This document shows, piece after piece, positions 57,111 through 64,000 of a stretch of 64,000 nucleotides of DNA. How positions within the stretch are numbered: position 1 is the stretch's first letter; the number at the start of each line of letters is the position of its first letter. The stretch is taken from assembly GCA_963587495.1 (NCBI GenBank), contig CAVACC010000001.1:3818-67817 (forward strand), in the 5' to 3' direction. Position numbers and translations under genes: made by a program. Under the pieces are notes generated by a model. The model had not been told where the DNA came from and made no database searches. It worked only from the letters and a program-made list of their open reading frames with translations. The DNA is from Clostridia bacterium. Its GTDB lineage: Bacteria > Bacteroidota > Bacteroidia > Bacteroidales > Bacteroidaceae.

Positions 57111-59048
57111 ATGAACAAAAACAACATTATCGGTTTCCTCCTGATAGCCCTTGTACTGATTGGGTTCAGTTGGTACTCACAGCCTTCTGCCGAAGAGCAG
57201 AGAGCGGCATTCGTTCAGGACTCCATCGCTAAGGCAAAACACGCCGAGATGGAAAAAGCTAACAAGGCTGCGGCGCTGCAGCGACAGGCTGAAGCCAAAG
57301 CCAAGGTTGAGGCTGACTCAACAGCCCTCTTCTACTCGGCTTTGAAGGGCAAGTCTCAGAAAATCGTTTTGAGTAACGAGAAAGTTGAGCTGACCCTCAA
57401 CACCAAGGGTGGTACTGTCGAGAAGGCAGTAGTAAAGGGTTATGTGGGGCACGACCTCAAGGTGAAAGATGGCTCAAAAGACAAGAAGGACGTTACTCTC
57501 TTCGATGGCAACGACCAGAACCTCAAGTTCATGCTCGAGGCTAAGGAAGCCAACATCATCACAAGTGACCTTTACTTTACTCCATCAAATGTCACAAAGA
57601 CATCTGTCACCATGACAGCAGAGGCTGCTCCGGGCAAGACCCTCACCATGACTTATACATTGGGCAAGGACTACCTGCTCCACATGAGCCTTAAGGCACA
57701 GGGCATGGCTGGATTGTTCTCGCCTAATTATAGCAAGATGGATGTTGACTGGAGCGACAAGGCCCGTCAACAGGAGCGCGGCTTCATGTTCGAGAACCGT
57801 TACACTACCCTCACCTATCACGATGTAGAGGGAGGTACCGACCATCTGAACGAGACAAGCGAGAAGATCGACGAGAAGATCGAAGAAACCATCGACTGGG
57901 TGTCTTTCAAGAACCAGTTCTTCTCTGCCATCATGATATCCAAGGACAACTTCGATAAGGATGCCTTCATGACTTCTATCCCTCAGGAGAAGGGCTCCGG
58001 CTATCTGAAGCAGTTCCAGGCTAAGATGAAGACCGCTTTTGACCCAACCGGAAAGAAGGCTTCTGAGTTTGAGTTCTACTTCGGTCCTAACGACTTCCAG
58101 ATTCTGAAGAATACAGAGAAGGAGAGCACCTTCGGCAAGGACCTGGAGTTCCAGAAGCTCGTTTATCTGGGATGGCCTATCGTCCGCTGGATCAACCGTT
58201 TCTTCACAATCTACGTGTTCGACTGGTTGAGCAAGATATTCCCAATGGGTATCGTGTTGATTCTCATCACTTTGCTCCTCAAGCTCATCACCTACCCTAT
58301 GGTAAAGAAGAGCTATATGAGTTCTGCCAAGATGCGCGTACTCAAACCAAAGCTCGAAGCAGCTACCGCTCAGTATAATAAGCCTGAGGATCAGATGCAG
58401 AAGCAGCAGGCTATGATGGCAGAATATGCCAAATATGGTGTAAGCCCATTATCTGGTTGTATCCCTATGCTGATTCAGTTGCCTGTTTGGGTTGCAATGT
58501 TCAACTTTGTGCCTAATGCTATTCAGCTTCGTGGTGAGAAGTTCCTGTGGATGAGTGACCTGAGCACCTACGACCCAATCGTAGAATGGGGAACCAATAT
58601 TTGGTTGATAGGCGATCACCTGAGTCTTACCTGTATCCTCTTCTGTGTAGCCAACCTCCTCTACTCTTGGATGACCATGCGCCAGCAGCGCGACCAGATG
58701 GTAGGCCAACAGGCTGATCAAATGAAGATGATGCAGTGGATGATGCTCATCATGCCATTGATGTTCTTCTTTATGTTCAACGACTACTCATCTGGCTTGA
58801 ACTTCTACTACTTCATCTCTCTGTTCTTCAGTGCAGCCATCATGTGGACCCTGCGCAAGACCACCAACGACGAGAAGCTTCTTGCCATCCTCGAGAAACG
58901 TTATCAGGAGAACAAGAGCAATCCTAAGAAGGCAAGCGGATTGATGGCAAGAATGCAGGCTCTGCAGGAATTGCAGCAAAAACAGCAAGCTGAACTTGCA
59001 CGTAAGCAGGCAGAATTGAACGAGAAGAAAAAGAACCTCGGAAAATAA
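57111..59048 (+). CDS. yidC: Membrane protein insertase YidC
   Basis: N-terminal TM, periplasmic domain, YFGPN, SSAKMRVLKP, GCIPMLIQLP, SGLNFYY. Confidence 0.93.
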   Translation: MNKNNIIGFLLIALVLIGFSWYSQPSAEEQRAAFVQDSIAKAKHAEMEKANKAAALQRQAEAKAKVEADSTALFYSALKGKSQKIVLSNEKVELTLNTKGGTVEKAVVKGYVGHDLKVKDGSKDKKDVTLFDGNDQNLKFMLEAKEANIITSDLYFTPSNVTKTSVTMTAEAAPGKTLTMTYTLGKDYLLHMSLKAQGMAGLFSPNYSKMDVDWSDKARQQERGFMFENRYTTLTYHDVEGGTDHLNETSEKIDEKIEETIDWVSFKNQFFSAIMISKDNFDKDAFMTSIPQEKGSGYLKQFQAKMKTAFDPTGKKASEFEFYFGPNDFQILKNTEKESTFGKDLEFQKLVYLGWPIVRWINRFFTIYVFDWLSKIFPMGIVLILITLLLKLITYPMVKKSYMSSAKMRVLKPKLEAATAQYNKPEDQMQKQQAMMAEYAKYGVSPLSGCIPMLIQLPVWVAMFNFVPNAIQLRGEKFLWMSDLSTYDPIVEWGTNIWLIGDHLSLTCILFCVANLLYSWMTMRQQRDQMVGQQADQMKMMQWMMLIMPLMFFFMFNDYSSGLNFYYFISLFFSAAIMWTLRKTTNDEKLLAILEKRYQENKSNPKKASGLMARMQALQELQQKQQAELARKQAELNEKKKNLGK

Positions 59049-59142
59049 AGAAACTTACAACGCATAACAAATGATTGTTTGTTCCCCATAGGTGTTACAC
59101 CTTATTATATATATACCTTATTATATATAGGCAAACATCATT

Positions 59143-59196
59143 AAAAAAAGAGTGTAATGGATAACTTTACGAAGTATTCATTACACTCTCTTTTTT
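59143..59196. terminator. Terminator after yidC
   Basis: GAGTGTAATG...CATTACACTC stem flanked by A- and T-runs. Confidence 0.7.
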
Positions 59197-59479
59197 CATC
59201 ATCGCCTACCACAAGCTACACTGTAGACTACGGCAAGCCCAAACGCAACATTACGAATTAGAAAGGAGCGAACAACTACATGAAGACAGTCATGATATGT
59301 ACGCCCTTTCATTGCGACCATAATGCAGGAAAGTGTCAGAAATACATCTGTAACAGCACCACTTTATCACAAAAAGTCAAAGAATACAAATACCTGTTTT
59401 TCAGCGCCTTACGCTTAAGACTCTATTCACTTTTACCACTTAATGATTTAATCATCAAACATGCAGTTACTTTTTTTAT

Positions 59480-59489
59480 TACTTTTGCA
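59480..59489 (+). promoter_or_regulatory. -7 promoter box for susC
   Basis: TACTTTTGCA. Confidence 0.6.
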
Positions 59490-59568
59490 AATGAAAAAGA
59501 TGCGTCTCACTTAAGAGCCAAAGCAATAAAAAAAGATATATACAATTAAATAACTAAAACTTTGATTT

Positions 59569-62547
59569 ATGAGAATACCAAAAAGTAACGCGATGTTGCG
59601 AGGATTAGCATCCACAGCACTCGTTCTATTAATCTCGGCTACAGCCTGGGGACAGAAAATGAAGATTACCGGCACTGTAATCGACAACACCAATGAACCC
59701 ATTATTGGAGCTTCTGTTCTTGAAAATGGAACGCAAAATGGTGTAGCCACCGATTTGGATGGACATTTTACCATCGAAGTACAACAAGGTGCCAAACTCA
59801 AGATTTCTTATATTGGCTATAAGAATAAAGAAGTAAAGGCTTCAAATGGTATCAAGGTCACACTCGAAGAGGAAGCTAATATGCTGAACGAAGTGGTTGC
59901 CATCGGTTATGGCTCAGTAAAGCGAAAGGATGTTACGACTGCTGTTTCAAGTGTGTCAGCAAAAGATCTTGACACACGACCCATTGTATCTGCTGCTGCA
60001 GGTATGCAGGGAAAAGCTGCAGGTCTACAAATTTCACAAGCTAATGGACAGCCGGGTGCTTCCCCTACCATACGTGTGCGTGGTACTACTTCTTTGAATG
60101 GCAGCAATGACCCACTCTATGTTGTAGATGGTGTGCCAATGACCGATATTGATTTCTTGGCTGCTGATGACATTGATAATATTCAAGTATTGAAAGATGC
60201 ATCTTCTGCTGCTATCTATGGTTCACGAGCTGCTAATGGAGTCATTATTATTGGTACCAAACAGGGAAAAACAGGTGTGGCAAAAATTAGTTTGAATGCA
60301 CACTATGCGTTTAATACGGTACGCGACAATCAGAAATCACTCAATGCTGCACAGTATAAAGAACTGATGGATGAGATTGGTATGGTAAAACTCCCTGAAG
60401 GTTTGAAAGATATGACCGACTGGAAAGACGAAGTTTTTCGCACTGGAAACGTGCAGGATTACCAGGTCTCTATTACTAATGGAACTGAGAAAATGAGATA
60501 TTTCATCTCTGGTGGTTATACAGGTGAGAATGGTGTCATCAAGAAATCAAGTTACAAACGTTACAATTTCCGCGCATCTATTGAAAACGACATTCGTAAG
60601 TGGCTGCGCCTTAATGCAAGCGTAACCTATTCTGACTATACCAACAAGGGTACTGGTATTATTTCCGGTACGGGTTCTAACCGTGGCGGTGTAGTTACGG
60701 CTATCGTCAATACGCCTACTTACGCTCCTGTATGGAATCCTGAGAATCCAAATCAATTTTACAACAACTTCTATGGCGTAAATATCACTTCACCTGCTGA
60801 GAATATAGCCCGAACACAGAACAACAAATCGGCATACAATCGTTTGTTGGCTACAGGAAAAGCAACAGTTACCTTCATGCCTGAACTGACTTACAACCTG
60901 TCTTTGTCTTTCGATCGCACTCAAGGCACAACAACCAACTTCCTCGACCCTATCTCTACAACCATTGGTCGTCAGGATTTTGGTACTGGCTATGATGGAC
61001 GTAATATCAGCAGTGTGATCGTATGGGACAATGTTGTAAATTACAAAAAAGCATTTGGCAAACATAACTTAGATGCCATGGCGGGTAGTTCTTGGACTCA
61101 GAGCAAGTGGAGCCAAAACTATATCAATGGTAGCAACTATGCTAATGATTTCTTCCCTACTCTGAATGCTGCCAATAAGATTTCGTGGACAGATACTGGC
61201 TCTTCTGCTGCTGATTGGGCTATCTTCTCTACCTTCGCTCGTTTACAATACAACTGGAACGACACCTATATGGTAACAGCCAATATGCGTGCTGATGGTT
61301 CTTCCAAGTTAGCTCCTCACCATCGTTGGGGTTATTTCCCATCTTTCTCTGGAGCTTGGCGTGTGAGCAATGAGAAATTCATGAAGGATATCAAGTGGAT
61401 AGACGACTTGAAGATTCGTGGTGGCTGGGGACAGACTGGTAACCAGAGTGGCTTGGGCGACTATAGTTATCTGGCAAGATACAATATCAATCGTGTACAA
61501 TGGTTTGGTGAGGGCAATGACGCCAACGCTATACCTACATTCTCACAAGGCAACTTGAGCAACCCTGAGTTGACATGGGAAACAACAACACAGACTAACA
61601 TCGGACTCGACCTGACTGTATTAGGAAACCGCTTGACTTTCTATGCCGATTACTATTACAAGAAGACCAAGGATATGCTGATGAACATCACCCTTCCTGC
61701 AGGAAGTGCAGCTGCAACAAGTCTTACCTATAATGGCGGTTCGATGAGCAATAAGGGTTGGGAATTCGCCTTCTCCTCAAAGAACTTGATTGGAACATTT
61801 AAGTGGAACACCGACTTTAACATCTCATTCAATAAAAACAAGTTGGAAAGTCTGGCTCTAACGCAAGTATATTATGACGCAAAGACTACAGACTATGTCA
61901 ACGAACAAGTTGTGCGCAACACACCAGGTATGCCTTTAGGAAGTTTCTGGGGTTATGTGGCAGAAGGAGTAGATCCAGAAACAGGTGACATGAAGTATAA
62001 GGACGTAACAGGCGACGGACTCGTTTCTGCCAGCGACCGTACTTATATCGGTGATCCTAATCCTGACTTCACTTTCGGTATGACCAACACCTTCTCATAT
62101 AAAGGCTTGAATCTCAGTATTCTCATCCAGGGAAGTTATGGAAACGACATCTATAATGTCTCTCGAATGGAAACAGAAGGAATGTATGATGGCAAGAACC
62201 AAAGCACCAAAGTATTGGCTCGTTGGAGAGTTCCTGGGCAAATCACAAGTGTACCTAAGGCTAAGTGGGATATCCGTAACTCTACCTACTTTGTAGAGGA
62301 CGGCAGTTATATTCGCTTAAAGGATATTTCACTCTCTTATGATGTGCCACGCAAACTGATTTCACGCTTCGGACTGACTCGTTTGCAGCCATACGTATCA
62401 GCTACCAACCTGATCACTCTTACCGATTATTCTGGTATGGATCCTGAGGTTAATCAGTATGGCAATAGTGGTAGTGTACAAGGCATCGACTGGGGTACAT
62501 ATCCTCTCAACAAAAGCGTAGTATTAGGTGTAAAAGTTGAATTCTAA
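59569..62547 (+). CDS. susC: SusC/RagA family TonB-dependent transporter
   Basis: EVVAIGYG, PLYVVDG, VLKDASSAAIYGSRAANGVIII, NPELTWETT, YFVEDGSYIRLK. Confidence 0.93.
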   Translation: MRIPKSNAMLRGLASTALVLLISATAWGQKMKITGTVIDNTNEPIIGASVLENGTQNGVATDLDGHFTIEVQQGAKLKISYIGYKNKEVKASNGIKVTLEEEANMLNEVVAIGYGSVKRKDVTTAVSSVSAKDLDTRPIVSAAAGMQGKAAGLQISQANGQPGASPTIRVRGTTSLNGSNDPLYVVDGVPMTDIDFLAADDIDNIQVLKDASSAAIYGSRAANGVIIIGTKQGKTGVAKISLNAHYAFNTVRDNQKSLNAAQYKELMDEIGMVKLPEGLKDMTDWKDEVFRTGNVQDYQVSITNGTEKMRYFISGGYTGENGVIKKSSYKRYNFRASIENDIRKWLRLNASVTYSDYTNKGTGIISGTGSNRGGVVTAIVNTPTYAPVWNPENPNQFYNNFYGVNITSPAENIARTQNNKSAYNRLLATGKATVTFMPELTYNLSLSFDRTQGTTTNFLDPISTTIGRQDFGTGYDGRNISSVIVWDNVVNYKKAFGKHNLDAMAGSSWTQSKWSQNYINGSNYANDFFPTLNAANKISWTDTGSSAADWAIFSTFARLQYNWNDTYMVTANMRADGSSKLAPHHRWGYFPSFSGAWRVSNEKFMKDIKWIDDLKIRGGWGQTGNQSGLGDYSYLARYNINRVQWFGEGNDANAIPTFSQGNLSNPELTWETTTQTNIGLDLTVLGNRLTFYADYYYKKTKDMLMNITLPAGSAAATSLTYNGGSMSNKGWEFAFSSKNLIGTFKWNTDFNISFNKNKLESLALTQVYYDAKTTDYVNEQVVRNTPGMPLGSFWGYVAEGVDPETGDMKYKDVTGDGLVSASDRTYIGDPNPDFTFGMTNTFSYKGLNLSILIQGSYGNDIYNVSRMETEGMYDGKNQSTKVLARWRVPGQITSVPKAKWDIRNSTYFVEDGSYIRLKDISLSYDVPRKLISRFGLTRLQPYVSATNLITLTDYSGMDPEVNQYGNSGSVQGIDWGTYPLNKSVVLGVKVEF

Positions 62548-62561
62548 AATTAATGACAACA

Positions 62562-64000
62562 ATGAAAACATATCATAAAATCAAGACTTTAGCGCTCGGT
62601 AGCTTAACCATGATAACATTGGCAAGTTGCTCACTCGACTATGAGCCTATATCCGAGCCATCAGAAATAACACAGGGCACCCAGACAGAAACATCTACTG
62701 CTGTGCTAAAAGATAAGGCTGCCGCAGAAGCACAACTCAAGTCTCTCTATGAGCTGTTCCGCAATCGCCAGGAGCACACCCATCTCGATTATCTCTTGAT
62801 AGGCGACTCTCATAGCGATAATGCGTATGCTGGTACTACAGGAGCCGAGGTGGTACCTTACGAAACCAACTCTATCGATGCCAGTAACTCTGTTTTGAGC
62901 CGAGACTGGGATCGTTACTTAGAGGATATCGCTAAGTCCAATGTGCTCATCAATGGCGTAGAACAACTGAAGGAAAGTGGCCAAATATCAGATGCAGAAT
63001 ATCATTCATATAAGGCTCAAGGAGAAATATTCCGTGCTTTGATGATGTTCAGAATGGCTCGCCTTTGGGGGTCTTTCCCTGTGATAACAACCATCGCAAA
63101 GACTATCACCTCAGATAATATCAATGAGGTATACCCTACTTACTATCCTCCTCGCAAAACACCTAAGGAGTGCTATGAGCAGATTATTGCTGACTTGACA
63201 GATGCAGAACAATATGCTCCTGACAATGATAATTCTGACCGCACCAAGATGACCAAGACAGTAGCTCAGGCTATGCTTGCCAAGGTTTATGCCGAAAAGG
63301 AGGTACAAGATTACGATAAAGTAATAACCTATGCCGACAAGGTAATTAAGACTCCAGGGGTGGAACTTGAAGACAGTTACGAAACTCTCTGGGGATACGA
63401 TGAGACTACCATGGATTGTCTGAAACGTAATACCAAGGAAGGTATTCTGGAGGTACATTGGACAACAGGTAGTGGAAACTGGGAAACTTGGATGTTCGGT
63501 CGCCAGTTGGACAACTGGGATTACTACTTTACATGGGCGAAGTGGATTACTCCATCACGCGATATCATCAGCGACTTTGAAAAAGAAGGCGATGAGGTTC
63601 GCAAGAATCAGGCCATAGTGTACTATGCATGTACATGGAGCAACTATTATCCTGCCTCCAACTATCCATTCATGTATAAGTTGCGTTCTTCATACAACAA
63701 TATTTACTGGATTCGACTCGCTGACATTATCCTCATGAAGGCTGAGGCTGAAGCCTATAAGGGCAACCTTGACGAAAGTGCGAAACTCGTCAACCAGATT
63801 CGCAAACGTGCCAAGTTACAGGAACTGACTTCTGATAAGACAAATAGCAAGGAAGCTATGATAGAAGCCGTGCTCCACGAACGCCGTTTAGAGCTTGCCT
63901 TTGAGGGAGAGCGTTGGTTCGATCTATGCCGCAACAACAAAGTAGAAAAATATCTCAATGGCATTGACAATCGTGATAATGGTCGCATCAAACAAGTTAA
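62562..64000 (+). CDS. susD: SusD/RagB family lipoprotein, runs off the window end (absent from the ORF track)
   Basis: MKTYHKIKTLALGSLTMITLAS-C lipobox; RLADIILMKAEA; ERRLELAFEGERWFDLCR. Confidence 0.9.
   Translation, partial: MKTYHKIKTLALGSLTMITLASCSLDYEPISEPSEITQGTQTETSTAVLKDKAAAEAQLKSLYELFRNRQEHTHLDYLLIGDSHSDNAYAGTTGAEVVPYETNSIDASNSVLSRDWDRYLEDIAKSNVLINGVEQLKESGQISDAEYHSYKAQGEIFRALMMFRMARLWGSFPVITTIAKTITSDNINEVYPTYYPPRKTPKECYEQIIADLTDAEQYAPDNDNSDRTKMTKTVAQAMLAKVYAEKEVQDYDKVITYADKVIKTPGVELEDSYETLWGYDETTMDCLKRNTKEGILEVHWTTGSGNWETWMFGRQLDNWDYYFTWAKWITPSRDIISDFEKEGDEVRKNQAIVYYACTWSNYYPASNYPFMYKLRSSYNNIYWIRLADIILMKAEAEAYKGNLDESAKLVNQIRKRAKLQELTSDKTNSKEAMIEAVLHERRLELAFEGERWFDLCRNNKVEKYLNGIDNRDNGRIKQV

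Noticed and set aside
59569..64000. Substrate assignment for the SusC/SusD locus
   Set aside because: No glycoside hydrolase or regulator gene lies within the window, so the substrate cannot be supported

Overview
Chromosomal window from a Bacteroidota bacterium, most likely Prevotella/Segatella (inferred from gene content, SusC/SusD, a fused LpxC-FabZ and recurrent TAnnTTTG -7 promoter boxes). Mostly housekeeping genes: purC(3' end)-menG-aroE-purM-prfA-pyrF, lpxD-lpxC/fabZ-lpxA-miaA, a class A PBP, a Pif1-like helicase, sdaA, flavodoxin, slyD-aroC, a nupG-rsmE-ABC operon, a chromate transporter pair, ppdK, rlmD, pyrG-yidC and the start of a SusC/SusD locus. No rRNA, tRNA, CRISPR array or classical transposase was recognised. 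The most striking structure is a GxxExxY (PD-(D/E)XK-like) gene between purM and prfA, bracketed by a perfect 36-bp inverted repeat built from 9-bp tandem units. A gene-less copy of the same element lies between lpxD and lpxC, so this is a candidate nuclease-plus-repeat mobile system. Several other dispersed intergenic repeat families occur. The accessory stretch at about 17-27 kb holds a triple-frameshifted LOG-family pseudogene, an AAA/DUF4143 ATPase with 33-bp upstream repeats, and an SNF2 helicase with an unknown partner gene. A candidate ~70-nt sRNA lies at about 41.7 kb. All family assignments come from motif recognition by eye; no searches were run.
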